Shown here one piece after another: positions 48,211-58,629 of a stretch of DNA of 64,000 nucleotides. Position numbers and translations under genes: made by a program. The stretch is from assembly GCA_002407925.1 (NCBI GenBank), contig DHPN01000030.1, forward strand, positions 3,209 through 67,208, in the 5' to 3' direction. The number at the start of each line of letters is the position of its first letter. Positions within the stretch are counted from its first letter, which is position 1. The notes beneath the pieces are model-generated. The model was not told the origin of the DNA and ran no database searches. It was given only the letters and a program-made list of their open reading frames with translations. The stretch is from Atopobiaceae bacterium UBA5363 (GTDB lineage: Bacteria > Actinomycetota > Coriobacteriia > Coriobacteriales > Atopobiaceae).

Positions 48211-49518
48211 TCAGCGCACATCAGGCGTGCCTGGGCAAGCATCGAGGATAGCTGGGCGAACCACCCTGTGTGGAACGACATGCACCAACGTGTCAACAGG
48301 AAGTGACCGGTCGAGCAAGATGTCAAAAAGGCCTCCTGTCACTCCACGCCCCGGTGCTTGCACAAGCACTGACTCGACCTGACCAATATGGGCATTAGCT
48401 GCAGAAACACGCATATCTCGTGCCAATGCGCGCATGCGCTTGGAGCGATCGGCTGAGACCTCAGGCGGCACTTGGCCTGCCATCGTCGCCGCCGGCGTTC
48501 CTGGCCTGCGAGAAAAGCGAAAGACATGCATGCGGGCAAATCCCATCTCTTTGCAAAATGAGAGAGATTCCTCAAAATCTTTATCTGTTTCACCGGGAAA
48601 GCCAACGATGACATCGCAGCCGACAGACAAGACTTGTACAGCTGAGCGCGCTTGAGCGATGACATGGCGATACTGATCTGTCGTATATATGCGTCCCATA
48701 CGCCGCAAGGTCTCATCGCAGCCTGATTGCAGGCAAGCGTGCAAGAAGGGAGCCACACGCTCACCGGAGGAAGCCATGACGGACAGGAGCTGGTCGCTTA
48801 TGTCAAGTGGCTCGATCGAAGAAAGACGCAGCCGCCCAACGTCTGTCTGTCTCAAGATGAGCTCAATGAGCTCAGGGAGCCGAAGATGGCCTTTGCTGCC
48901 TACCCAATCATAACTGCCCAAATTGATGCCAGAGAGCACGATCTCCCGCGAGCCATGTGCGACAGCCTTCTGGACTGACAAGACAACTCTGGCGGGGTCA
49001 ATCGAGTGGGCAGCTCCGCGAGCCTTCCAAACGATGCAATAAGTGCAGCGATTGTTGCACCCGTCTTGGATCTTGATGCCACGGCGCATGCGGCCAGTCG
49101 GCGTAGGCGTGCGCCAGAGCCCCTCCTCAGGAGCTGCGGCCGACCAGCCAAGCTCGTCGAACAAGTGGCCTGCCACCCTTGCCTTATTGGCCTCCACCTT
49201 GACGTTTTCTGCCAATGCGGTGAGCTCATCGGCAAAAAGGCTGGCAACGCAGCCTGTTGCGATCACGAGAGGCCTTTGGGGCAGGCTTGCCGCATGACGA
49301 ATCGCCTTGCGAGTCTTTGCCTCAGCCTCAGCCGTCACGGCGCAGGTATTGACTACAATCGCGTCAGCTGAGACCTCTTCAACCAGCTCGCAGCCTGCGT
49401 CTAAGATATCTTCCGCAATAAGATCTATCTCTACGCGGTTGAGCCGGCAGCCCAAATTCAAAACGGCGATGCGCGGAGCCACATGCGTCTTCGGCACAGG
49501 GTAGCTTGGTCCGCTCAC
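48211..49518 (-). CDS. mtaB: MtaB-like tRNA t6A methylthiotransferase
   Basis: LGCRLN, VNTCAVT, KIQDGCNNRCTYC, RLSSIEP, HVFRFS; lies after dnaJ. Confidence 0.85.
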   Translation of the reverse strand: MSGPSYPVPKTHVAPRIAVLNLGCRLNRVEIDLIAEDILDAGCELVEEVSADAIVVNTCAVTAEAEAKTRKAIRHAASLPQRPLVIATGCVASLFADELTALAENVKVEANKARVAGHLFDELGWSAAAPEEGLWRTPTPTGRMRRGIKIQDGCNNRCTYCIVWKARGAAHSIDPARVVLSVQKAVAHGSREIVLSGINLGSYDWVGSKGHLRLPELIELILRQTDVGRLRLSSIEPLDISDQLLSVMASSGERVAPFLHACLQSGCDETLRRMGRIYTTDQYRHVIAQARSAVQVLSVGCDVIVGFPGETDKDFEESLSFCKEMGFARMHVFRFSRRPGTPAATMAGQVPPEVSADRSKRMRALARDMRVSAANAHIGQVESVLVQAPGRGVTGGLFDILLDRSLPVDTLVHVVPHRVVRPAILDACPGTPDVR

Positions 49519-50717
49519 TATTTACGACCCTTGCGTTGGCGCCGCGGGTGCCTGTGAGTTGAGGCAGCCTCATGCTCAGCCCGTCTCTCATATGCTGGAT
49601 CAGCGTCGCGGCTTTCTCTTTGCTCGCGTTCCGTTGTAAGTCCGCCGCGCTCTGCAACGATCTCTTGAACGCGCTGCTGCTGGGTTTCACTTAGGTCCTC
49701 AGGGACATGCACCTGAGCCACGGCGACGAGGTCGCCGCGTGCATGACTTCCGAAGCGAGGCATGCCATAGCGCGGGATGTGAATCTGCTGGCCGAATTGG
49801 CAGCCTGCGGGGATGTTGACCACAACCTTTTCGTCGGGAAGTATGCCATCAATGGTGCAAGTCGTGCCAATCATGGCCTCAAGCGCATCTACCTTGACTT
49901 GGCAATAGAGGTCATCGCCTTGGCGGTCAAAGCGTTTGTCTTCAGCTATCTCAACGCGTACGACAAGGTCTCCCGAGCGCGCACCTCTTAACCCTGCCTC
50001 GCCCTTGCCGCTAATCTTTATCGACTGCCCAGAGTGGATGCCAGCAGGAATCTCAACCTGGGCTGTCTCGTGAGAAGGTGTCCTCCCCTGTCCTGCGCAG
50101 GTCTCACAAGGTTTGTCGACCACCTTGCCCGTTCCATGGCAAGCTGGGCAGGTAGATTGTGTCTGCATCTGGCCAAAGATAGTCCGCTGCACCTCCACAA
50201 TGCGGCCCGTGCCGTGACAACGCGTGCATGTTGTCTCCTTACCGCCTGGGGCAAACCCTGTCCCGCCACAGTCGTCGCAGGGGGCAAGGCGCTCGTATGA
50301 TATTGTCTTCGTGCATCCGGAAGCTGCATCTGCAAGAGATATCCGCAAATTGATGGCCATATCTCTGCCGTATGTTCGTGTGCTGTGGCCACCTTTGGAG
50401 TTGCCCCCTCCAAAGAAGGAGTCAAAGATGTCATCGATTCCAAAGCCACCGCCAAAGATATCTGACATGTCAACGTAATCAGAGCCAAAGCCGCCAGGTC
50501 CATCAGCGGTGCCATAGCGGTCATAGTTGGCGCGCTTACGCTCGTCCGAAAGAACGGCATAAGCCTCATTCACCTGCTTAAACTTTTCCTCCGCATCAGG
50601 AGCCTTGTTGACGTCGGGGTGTAATACGCGGGCCTTCTTGAGAAATGCACGCTTGATCGTCTTGGCATCAGCGTTGCGATCCACACCTAATATTTCGTAA
50701 TAGTCCTTGTCTGCCAC
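49518..50717 (-). CDS. dnaJ: Chaperone DnaJ
   Basis: J domain with HPD, G/F region, four CxxCxGxG repeats, complete C-terminal domains. Confidence 0.95.
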   Translation of the reverse strand: MADKDYYEILGVDRNADAKTIKRAFLKKARVLHPDVNKAPDAEEKFKQVNEAYAVLSDERKRANYDRYGTADGPGGFGSDYVDMSDIFGGGFGIDDIFDSFFGGGNSKGGHSTRTYGRDMAINLRISLADAASGCTKTISYERLAPCDDCGGTGFAPGGKETTCTRCHGTGRIVEVQRTIFGQMQTQSTCPACHGTGKVVDKPCETCAGQGRTPSHETAQVEIPAGIHSGQSIKISGKGEAGLRGARSGDLVVRVEIAEDKRFDRQGDDLYCQVKVDALEAMIGTTCTIDGILPDEKVVVNIPAGCQFGQQIHIPRYGMPRFGSHARGDLVAVAQVHVPEDLSETQQQRVQEIVAERGGLTTEREQRESRDADPAYERRAEHEAASTHRHPRRQRKGRK

Positions 50718-50840
50718 GTTCTCACTCCCACGAGTCCTCAGTTTTGCTTCAGCTACAGTCGAAAACAGTTATGCCCAGACGATGCCTTGAGCTATACGTA
50801 TTCTCCCAACACAAGACCAACCCATCGCCTCATGCGGCGG

Positions 50841-51956
50841 TTACCCATACATGTAGCCACTCGTCCCATACATCGTTGAACCTACCGTTGGCGTGCAAGA
50901 AAACATGAGGAACAGCAAGGCGAACAAAGTGCCTGTCGACATGCCATTACCGATGGCCCGACTAGCGCTTCCCCACCACCGCCTACCATGCCTGACGCCC
51001 CCGCTCATCGCAATCAACAAGCCCACTACGCCTAATATCGCAAATAGAATAAGCAGTGCGCCAGAGCCGCCGAGCAGCCAAAGCACAAGAAACGGCAAGG
51101 CGAAGCCAATGGTCTGAAAACCTGTAGCCTGCTTAGGCGTGAGCTGCTCAGCAGGAACTGCGACTCGGCAAACGAAATCACCCGAAGAGGAGCCGTTCGT
51201 GCCCGCGTTGCCCATGCCCGGCACGCGCACCTCGTCGCCATCATGGCTGTTCGGGGGGATCTGCACGACAACTTCGCTTGCCGTCAAAACGCGGCCTGCT
51301 CCGCCACATGCGCTGCACGGATCAACGACAACACGACCTGACCCCTCGCATTCGGGGCACACCATCTCCACGACACCAAAACCGAACAAGTCAGTTAGGT
51401 TGACAGAGATGCGCCCTGTGCCTTTGCAGGTTGGGCAGGTCTCCGGATGCTCGGCATGCACTGAGCCCGATCCATGGCAGGCGGCGCAACTGGTGTAACG
51501 CTGATAGGTGACGCCTCGCCTGACGCCCTCCCTTGCAGCTTTCTCGTCGAGACTGACCTGATAGATGACATCTGCCCCAGCCTTGGGATTATAAGAACGC
51601 GCTCGTGTTGTTTGCCGCTGTTGGCGGCGATAGCCATAGCCGCCAAAAGGAAAGCCCCATCCAAAAGGAGATTCGTTGGCATAGGGGCTGCTTTGCGGTG
51701 CAGTATAGTCGCCAGATGAGGCAAAAGGCGTACTGCCTGATCTCATGGCATCATAACGACGACGCTTGTCAGAATCGGAAAGCACAGCATATGCCTCAGA
51801 GGCCTCTTTGAACTTCGCCTCGGCATCGGGCGCCTTATTGACATCAGGATGCAGCTTGCGCGCCTTGTTTTGGAAAGCCTTGCGTATCTCATCAGTTGTG
51901 GCATGCTCATCCACGCCGAGGATCGCATAGTAGTCTTTCTCGTTCATCGCTGACAT
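50841..51956 (-). CDS. DnaJ paralog with Zn finger and C-terminal transmembrane helices
   Basis: HPD, four CxxCxGxG repeats, one CTD module, then hydrophobic segments. Confidence 0.85.
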   Translation of the reverse strand: MSAMNEKDYYAILGVDEHATTDEIRKAFQNKARKLHPDVNKAPDAEAKFKEASEAYAVLSDSDKRRRYDAMRSGSTPFASSGDYTAPQSSPYANESPFGWGFPFGGYGYRRQQRQTTRARSYNPKAGADVIYQVSLDEKAAREGVRRGVTYQRYTSCAACHGSGSVHAEHPETCPTCKGTGRISVNLTDLFGFGVVEMVCPECEGSGRVVVDPCSACGGAGRVLTASEVVVQIPPNSHDGDEVRVPGMGNAGTNGSSSGDFVCRVAVPAEQLTPKQATGFQTIGFALPFLVLWLLGGSGALLILFAILGVVGLLIAMSGGVRHGRRWWGSASRAIGNGMSTGTLFALLFLMFSCTPTVGSTMYGTSGYMYG

Positions 51957-52254
51957 GAGCTGAAACCTGCCGATCTGTCATAGCCATAGACGTCTTTTAT
52001 GCCCTCATCCATACAAGCATAAAAGTATACTCGTCAGAGCCTTTAGGTGTGCATCGGGGAAAACGTTTAAGCTCTCCTTTAGCTTCGTTGCTCGTCACCT
52101 ATTCAAGAGAGCGCACGTTCACAAAACCTGTGCGCCGTATGCCCATTTTGAAGTATGGATATTCATTCAAGTGAAATACTGCTTCAATATAAAAGAAAAT
52201 GTAAAGAAAAGATCTCTTGAACTATCCTCTGCAGCATATTTCATAGGGGCCGCC

Positions 52255-53016
52255 ATGAGCGAAGGTGTACGTCTGGTAAATCGTGTGTTCGACATCATCG
52301 AAGTGCTGGCCACTCACAAACACGGCATAACGCTCTCGCAGATCGCTGACATGACATTGATGAGCAAAAGCACTGTGCACCGGCTTCTTTCTACAATGTG
52401 TGCGCGTCAATACGTCGAGCGCAACGAAGACGGAAGCTATACCTTAGGCTATAAGTTCATCGAGACCGCAAGCAACCACATCAACAACCTCGAGCTCATT
52501 ACCGAGGCCAAGCCTTTGCTCTCGCGCATGCTTTGGGACCTTAACCTCACTACGCACCTTGGTGTGCTAGAGGGCCCAAACGTTGTCTATATGGAGAAGA
52601 TGGACGTGTATCCCAACACGCGTCTTTATACCCAGGTTGGATATCGTTCGCCGGCCTTTTGCTCATCCATGGGGAAATGCCTTTTGGCGTGTCTTTCAGG
52701 AGAAGAGCTCGACAAGGTTTTGGACTGCTGCGATTTCAAGAAGTACACTCCTCACACCATCATTGACCGAGACGAGCTCAAAGAGCACCTGAAAAAAATA
52801 CGCGTGTCAGGTTGGGCGATGGATAATGAAGAATATCAGCTTGGGCATCGCTGCATCGGCGCTCCGGTCTTTGACTACCGTGGATGTGCCGTAGCTGCCA
52901 TCAGTGCCAGCGGACCGACAACGCAACTTACGGATGACAAAATAGAAACTGTCAGGCGCGAGGTTAAAAGCGCTGCGCGGCGGCTTTCGCGACGCATGGG
53001 CTTTGCAGAGAGCTAA
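52255..53016 (+). CDS. IclR family transcriptional regulator
   Basis: MSKSTVHRLL HTH, AFCSSMGKCLLA, MDNEEY..GHRCIGAPVFD, AAISASGP. Confidence 0.95.
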   Translation: MSEGVRLVNRVFDIIEVLATHKHGITLSQIADMTLMSKSTVHRLLSTMCARQYVERNEDGSYTLGYKFIETASNHINNLELITEAKPLLSRMLWDLNLTTHLGVLEGPNVVYMEKMDVYPNTRLYTQVGYRSPAFCSSMGKCLLACLSGEELDKVLDCCDFKKYTPHTIIDRDELKEHLKKIRVSGWAMDNEEYQLGHRCIGAPVFDYRGCAVAAISASGPTTQLTDDKIETVRREVKSAARRLSRRMGFAES

Positions 53017-53115
53017 GCGAGCTGGCGCCCCACTCCCACCAACGAAGCGAGGCGCTGGGCACCGTTCTTGCTGTCTCGTCACAGGGAAGTGCTTGATTTC
53101 TCTGGACCCAAAAAG

Positions 53116-54549
53116 CTAGCAGATGTTTTTGAGGACGACGGTCTTTGTATGTGTCACCTCATCGAACGTTGACATCACGCCCTCGGTGCCTATCCCGGAA
53201 TATTTGTATCCGCCAAAGGGCATCTCGAAGCTGCGGAAGAAGCTCGCGCCGTTGATGACCACGCCCCCGCACTCCAATGCTGCTCCGACGCTGACCGCAT
53301 CCTTCATATTTGCAGTAAACACACAGCCGCACAGGCCGAATTTCGAGCTGTTGGCTATCTTTATTGCCTCTTCTTTCGTGTCAAAGCTGATGATGGGAAC
53401 TACTGGGGCGAAGATCTCCATGTCGCGCGCCACATCCGCTGTCGGCGGTACGTCCTTTATAACCGTAGGCTCAAGGAAGGCGCCATTGCGATGGCCTCCG
53501 AAGACAACTTTTCCTCCTTGCTGCACAGTCAGCTCTATTTGCTTCTCAGCCTTGATAGCTGCCTTTTCAGAGATGAGGCACCCAAGCTGCGTGTCATCGG
53601 CCGTCGGGTCTCCTTGCTTGAGGGATGAGATGCGCTTTATGGCTTTCTCCGTGAACTCCTCGACGCGACTGCGCTGAATGAGGAAGCGCTTCGAGGCGCA
53701 GCACACCTGGCCAGTGTTGTACATGCGGCCCCAGACGAGCTCATCGACGGCAAGATCTACGTCCCCATCAGCCAAGAGAATGAATGCGTCGTTTCCGCCA
53801 AGCTCCAAAGCGGCATGCGCAAGATGATCTGCGGCATGGCGGGCAGTTTCAATCCCTACCTCAGTTGAGCCGGTGAGCGTGATGGCGTCTACGTCTGGGT
53901 CAGTGCAGAGCCAGTTGCCTACGGTTGAGCCGCGACCGGTGACGATTTGGCAGGCACCTGGGATAACCCCTGCTTCGTTAAGATAGGCTGTGAGGCGGCA
54001 AAGCGTTAAGGGATTGTCGGTTGAGGGCTTGACAATGACAGCGTTGCCTGCCAAGAGAGCCGGCGCAACCTTCTGGTCAAAAAGATCACAGGGAAAGTTG
54101 AAGGGAATCACCGCAACAATCACGCCGAGCGGCTCACGACGCGTGATGAGGACATGATGCTCTTGCCCTGCTTCCATGCCTGCTGGAATTGTCTGCCCAT
54201 ATAAATGCTTGGCACGCTCGCAAAAAGCCCTGAATGCAATTGAGATATTCGAGATCTCCGCGCGTGCCTCCGTGATGGGCTTTCCGGTTTCAGCACAGAG
54301 AGTTTGAGCGAGAGACTCATGGTTTTGTTCAACGAGGCTCAAGAACTTGAGGAGAATGTCGACCTTTTCGTGCACGGGAATCGCAGCCCATACGGGTTGT
54401 GCCTGATGCGCATACGAAATTGCACTCTTCACGTCACCTTGCGTAGCAGCAGGCACAGTATCTATGCGCTTTGCGGTAGCAGGGTTTATGATATCAATCG
54501 TTGCGCCGTCTGAGGCGCCAACGGCCTTGCCGTTAATGAGCATCTGCAT
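53116..54549 (-). CDS. NAD(P)-dependent aldehyde dehydrogenase
   Basis: PFNFP, TGSTEVG, ELGGND, GQVCC, PFGGYKYSGIG. Confidence 0.95.
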   Translation of the reverse strand: MQMLINGKAVGASDGATIDIINPATAKRIDTVPAATQGDVKSAISYAHQAQPVWAAIPVHEKVDILLKFLSLVEQNHESLAQTLCAETGKPITEARAEISNISIAFRAFCERAKHLYGQTIPAGMEAGQEHHVLITRREPLGVIVAVIPFNFPCDLFDQKVAPALLAGNAVIVKPSTDNPLTLCRLTAYLNEAGVIPGACQIVTGRGSTVGNWLCTDPDVDAITLTGSTEVGIETARHAADHLAHAALELGGNDAFILLADGDVDLAVDELVWGRMYNTGQVCCASKRFLIQRSRVEEFTEKAIKRISSLKQGDPTADDTQLGCLISEKAAIKAEKQIELTVQQGGKVVFGGHRNGAFLEPTVIKDVPPTADVARDMEIFAPVVPIISFDTKEEAIKIANSSKFGLCGCVFTANMKDAVSVGAALECGGVVINGASFFRSFEMPFGGYKYSGIGTEGVMSTFDEVTHTKTVVLKNIC

Positions 54550-54595
54550 GATGTCTCCCTCTTTCGAGTTATGTTCGTAGGGTCTGCCTCATGGC

Positions 54596-55774
54596 CTATT
54601 TCGAAAATCCAGTAAATGAGAGCATAAGGCCGCCACAGGTATTTCGGTCGTCTTCGACCTGTCCGTACTCGCCGAAGGTGAATTCCGTCAAGAATGGCAC
54701 ACCAGCGGCCGCGTCTTTAAGCTGGCTGGTCACCTCTCCGATGCGCTCCCCTATGCCTGCGCGGCGTCCTCCGCAGTGAACTAGGAGGTATGCCCCGGGC
54801 TTGTCAATATGAGAGCGCAGCTCCTTCAACGTTGAGCCGGTGGAATCAATGAGCTCGTCTACGCTTGCCTCCATGCGAATAACGGCAGTTCCGGGTACCA
54901 CCTTGTTTCCCAAACCGATCGAGTTGTCATCATTGCCGCTCATGGGATGACGAATGGCCGTTAGGTCTCCCAGACGGTCTTTTACTCCAAGCGGCGAGAC
55001 AACAGACTGGGCAAGCAAGGCTTGTCCTTTGAGGTCGTTGACGTTCAAATGGCGCCACGACGCATATTTCTCGAGAGCGGGAACCCCGTCTATCTCTGCA
55101 AGCGCCCGGTCGCCGATAACCTTTGTGACCAAGCCCATGTCCTTGGTCTCACGGTAAGCCCCGGTATAGACGTTATACATGGGCTTGTCCGTATAAAAGA
55201 AAGCAACAGCCACGCCATCTGCGAAGACGTTGCCTGAGGTGTAGAGCTTCCAACCTCCAGCAATTGCATCGTCTGCAGCGCTGCCGCCAAAAAATGGAAC
55301 ACGTCCTATTATGTGGGTTATTCCTTTCACATAGTATTCCTCTTCTGCAGGGGATGCGGCCATAAAGTAATAAGCCGGAGGCTCGGTCTTTCCAGCTTGC
55401 TGCATGGCAAGGTGCGCCACCTGCTCTCCCAAGCTCACGGCATCCTGTTTTTTGTCTGTCTTGGCAACAGATGCCACGCCGACTGTGAGGTCTGGGTCAC
55501 AAATGACCATGGTTCCAAGAAAGCCATCACCACCTACAAATCCCTCAGCTGTAATGACTCCTGTGTGCGATGTGTTTCCAATGACAGGAATGGCAGGTAG
55601 CTCCGCGGAGAACTCATCGAGCATGTCCTCATGGGAATAAGAGCAGCTTGAAAATGCGAAAATCATCTTTGCGTCTGAAAGGCCAGAACCAGCTTGCCTC
55701 ATCTTGGCAATACTCTCCTTAACAGCTTCTTTTGGATCTGTTTTATCGCTTGCCCCTATGCTTGCTTTGAACAT
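54596..55774 (-). CDS. Stand-alone FIST (FIST_N + FIST_C) domain protein
   Basis: IGNTSHTG, PFFGGSAAD, LAEIDGVPAL, HCGGRR, FTFGEYG. ATG 55774 follows GGGAGGAG. Confidence 0.85.
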   Translation of the reverse strand: MFKASIGASDKTDPKEAVKESIAKMRQAGSGLSDAKMIFAFSSCSYSHEDMLDEFSAELPAIPVIGNTSHTGVITAEGFVGGDGFLGTMVICDPDLTVGVASVAKTDKKQDAVSLGEQVAHLAMQQAGKTEPPAYYFMAASPAEEEYYVKGITHIIGRVPFFGGSAADDAIAGGWKLYTSGNVFADGVAVAFFYTDKPMYNVYTGAYRETKDMGLVTKVIGDRALAEIDGVPALEKYASWRHLNVNDLKGQALLAQSVVSPLGVKDRLGDLTAIRHPMSGNDDNSIGLGNKVVPGTAVIRMEASVDELIDSTGSTLKELRSHIDKPGAYLLVHCGGRRAGIGERIGEVTSQLKDAAAGVPFLTEFTFGEYGQVEDDRNTCGGLMLSFTGFSK

Positions 55775-56168
55775 AGCTGTCTCCTCCCTGTTGGATTGCG
55801 ACTTTCCCTCTTTAACCAGATGATATAGGGATGCAAAAACAAAAGGTCTCAAGCCGTTTCATAGATTGGAATGGCAGTTTTACCTAGTGAAAAATAGCAG
55901 GTAAAGAGTATCAAAATTAAAAAAGTGGATGCCGTTGAGAGAGCTAAAGCAACCTTTGGGCTGTAAGGGCCCTTTGAGCTCTGCTGATGCAAAACAAGCG
56001 TCTGCAGAGGCCGCAATGCATAAAAGAATTATTGCACGACAATTGTTTTATGTACATGATATAAGGATGAATTGCCATCAAGACATAACCATAATCAAGC
56101 AAGGATTGCTGTGCAAAATGACTGCAGAAAAGCATCATGACGCCGAGCGATCAGCATAAGGAGGCCCT

Positions 56169-56894
56169 ATGGAACTGGTAAAACTGCTAGGTATTTTAAT
56201 TGTCATTATCGGATTCGCCCTTAAATGGGATTCCATCTTGACCATCATGCTTGCAGCTGTTGTAACTGCAGTCATCGCCGGCATGGACCCTATCCTCTTT
56301 CTTCAAACGCTCGGCAAGAGCTTCGTCTCAAACCGCAATATGCTTATCAGCGTGGTCATATTTCTGCTAACGGGAACGCTTGAGCGAAATGGCCTCAAAG
56401 ACGCGGCAAAGTCTCTCATGGAGCGCATGAAGAATGCGTCTGCAGGCTTGATATTGGGAGTTTACGGCATCTTTCGTGTCATCTTTGCTGCCTTCAACGT
56501 AAGCTTCGGTGGCGTGGCCGGCTTTGTAAAGCCGGTTGTCCTGCCAATGGCTGAGGCCGCTGATGAGGCGGCTGGGCACTCCCTATCAGCAAAGCATCAT
56601 GACGAGCTCAAGGGCATGGCAGCGGGCATGGAAAATGTGGCGTGGTTTTTTGGGCAGGTGCTATTCGTTGGAACGTCTGGCATGCTCCTCGTTCAAGGAA
56701 CCATGTCTGACCTTGGCTACACGGTTGCCCTTCCGCAGCTAGCTGCCATACAAATTCCTGTAGCCATCGTCGCCGTAGCAGTCACCACAATTTATTACTT
56801 CTTGCTCGATCGAAAGCTCTGCCGCCATGATGACCTTAAGGGCTTCCCAAAAGGAGCTGTAGCCGAAGGCTCTACTGCGAAGGAGGCAAAATAG
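56169..56894 (+). CDS. DUF969 membrane protein (putative 5-oxoproline transporter subunit)
   Basis: LGKSFVSNR, LERNGLK, FVKPVVLPMA, ENVAWFFGQ; synteny with DUF979 and pcp. Confidence 0.85.
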   Translation: MELVKLLGILIVIIGFALKWDSILTIMLAAVVTAVIAGMDPILFLQTLGKSFVSNRNMLISVVIFLLTGTLERNGLKDAAKSLMERMKNASAGLILGVYGIFRVIFAAFNVSFGGVAGFVKPVVLPMAEAADEAAGHSLSAKHHDELKGMAAGMENVAWFFGQVLFVGTSGMLLVQGTMSDLGYTVALPQLAAIQIPVAIVAVAVTTIYYFLLDRKLCRHDDLKGFPKGAVAEGSTAKEAK

Positions 56895-57860
56895 ATGAGC
56901 ATCCTAGAATTTATTCAAAGCTCGAACATAACGCTCTCAGAGAAGTTGCTCGAGATCGTGTATGTCATCATCGGCCTTGTCTGCATCTATGCCGCCATGC
57001 GCAACCTTCGTGACCAGACCAATGAAAAACGCATAGGCACAGCCATATTTTGGGGGGTGCTTGGCCTGCTGTTCATCATCGGCCGGTGGATTCCTTCCGA
57101 GGTCGCAGGCGGACTTGTCATTGTTATGGTCTTGCCCCCCATCTTCAAGCAGGTGGGTGCCGGGAAAGACACAATGAAGCCTAGCGAGCACAAGATGCAT
57201 GAAGGCTTTCAGGCACTTGGCTCAAGGATCTTCATCCCAGCGTTTTCAATTGGCGTGGTGGCGCTTCTCTTTGCCTTGTTTACCAGCATCAGCTCACTTG
57301 TAGGCATTACCGTCGGTGTATTCATCGGTATGATAATCTTAGCCATGATGCGGCCCAAGGCTAACGGCCCACGCGTCTTCCTTGAGGATTCGCGTCGCAT
57401 GCTTGACATAGTCGGACCTCTTGTCATGCTGCCCACGCTCCTTGCAATTCTAGGTGCGACATTTACGGCCGCCGGCGTCGGAGATGTAATCTCAGATCTC
57501 GTGGGCGCTGTCATCCCCCAGGGCAATCTCGTCATCGGCATTGTCGTCTACTGCGTTGGCATGGCGCTGTTCACGATGATCATGGGCAACGCCTTCGCCG
57601 CTATCACCGTCATGACCGTGGGCATTGGCGCCCCATTTGTACTTTCGTTGGGAGCAGATCCCACGATTGTCGGATCTCTGGCCCTCACCTGCGGCTACTG
57701 TGGCACGCTCATGACTCCTATGGCAGCGAACTTCAACATTGTCCCTGTGGCGATACTGGAGATGGACGACGAGTACGGCGTTATCAAAAAGCAGATTGTG
57801 CCAGCGCTCATCATGCTCGCATTCCAGATTGCCCTGATGATCTCACTTGTAGTCCTTTAG
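56895..57860 (+). CDS. DUF979 membrane protein (putative 5-oxoproline transporter subunit)
   Basis: GMALFTMIMGNAFAA, GYCGTLMTPMAANFNIVP. Confidence 0.88.
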   Translation: MSILEFIQSSNITLSEKLLEIVYVIIGLVCIYAAMRNLRDQTNEKRIGTAIFWGVLGLLFIIGRWIPSEVAGGLVIVMVLPPIFKQVGAGKDTMKPSEHKMHEGFQALGSRIFIPAFSIGVVALLFALFTSISSLVGITVGVFIGMIILAMMRPKANGPRVFLEDSRRMLDIVGPLVMLPTLLAILGATFTAAGVGDVISDLVGAVIPQGNLVIGIVVYCVGMALFTMIMGNAFAAITVMTVGIGAPFVLSLGADPTIVGSLALTCGYCGTLMTPMAANFNIVPVAILEMDDEYGVIKKQIVPALIMLAFQIALMISLVVL

Positions 57861-57902
57861 TGCACCTGTACGTATTTTCTCGTTAAGAGCAAGGAGAAAG
57901 CA

Positions 57903-58550
57903 ATGGAAAAGATTCTTGTGACAGGCTTCCAGCCTTTTGGTGGAGAGTCGATCAATCCTGCATGGGAAGCCGTGAGGCAGCTTCCGGACAGCATTGCAGG
58001 GGCCAATGTGGCAAAGGTGGAAATACCCGTCGTCTTCGGTCGAGCTCCGCAGGCAGTAGAGGCGGCCATCAAGAGGGAAAGCCCCACGCTTGTGCTGTGC
58101 GTAGGCCAAGCAGGAGGACGAGCCAAGATCACACCAGAGTTCGTAGGCATCAACTACGCTGATGCCCGCATCCCCGACAATGACGGCAAGCAGCCAAGGG
58201 CAGAAAAGATTATTGCAGATGGCCCTGCGGCCTACTTTGCTACGCTGCCCGTCAAGGCGATGGCAAAGGCCATGAATGACGCGGGAATACCGGCCGAGGT
58301 GTCATATACAGCGGGGACTTATGTGTGCAATGACGTGATGTATGGTCTCTTGCATACGTTGGCCACGAAATACCCGAAGGTCCGCGGCACCTTTTTGCAT
58401 GTGCCCTTCGCAACGGAGCAGGCGACGCACATGCCATCAGGAACGCCGAGCATGTCCATCTCAACCATGACAGAGGGTCTAAAGAGGGCCCTTGAAGCAG
58501 CACTTGAGCATACGACGGGCATCGACGCTACAGGTGGTACCACTCATTGA
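57903..58550 (+). CDS. pcp: Pyroglutamyl-peptidase I
   Basis: LVTGFQPFGGESINP, GQAGGR, AGTYVCN (Cys), FLHVP (His). Confidence 0.96.
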   Translation: MEKILVTGFQPFGGESINPAWEAVRQLPDSIAGANVAKVEIPVVFGRAPQAVEAAIKRESPTLVLCVGQAGGRAKITPEFVGINYADARIPDNDGKQPRAEKIIADGPAAYFATLPVKAMAKAMNDAGIPAEVSYTAGTYVCNDVMYGLLHTLATKYPKVRGTFLHVPFATEQATHMPSGTPSMSISTMTEGLKRALEAALEHTTGIDATGGTTH

Positions 58551-58629
58551 GGAGCGCATCCATTGCAGCCCTTCCCCACAGAGCCCGCCCCAGGGCAGGA
58601 CAGTGTGAGCGAGGGCTGCACCAATGGGG

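Noticed and set aside
51957-52140. CIRCE or HAIR heat-shock operators upstream of the dnaJ pair
   Set aside because: Neither TTAGCACTC-N9-GAGTGCTAA nor CTTGAGT-N7-ACTCAAG was seen.
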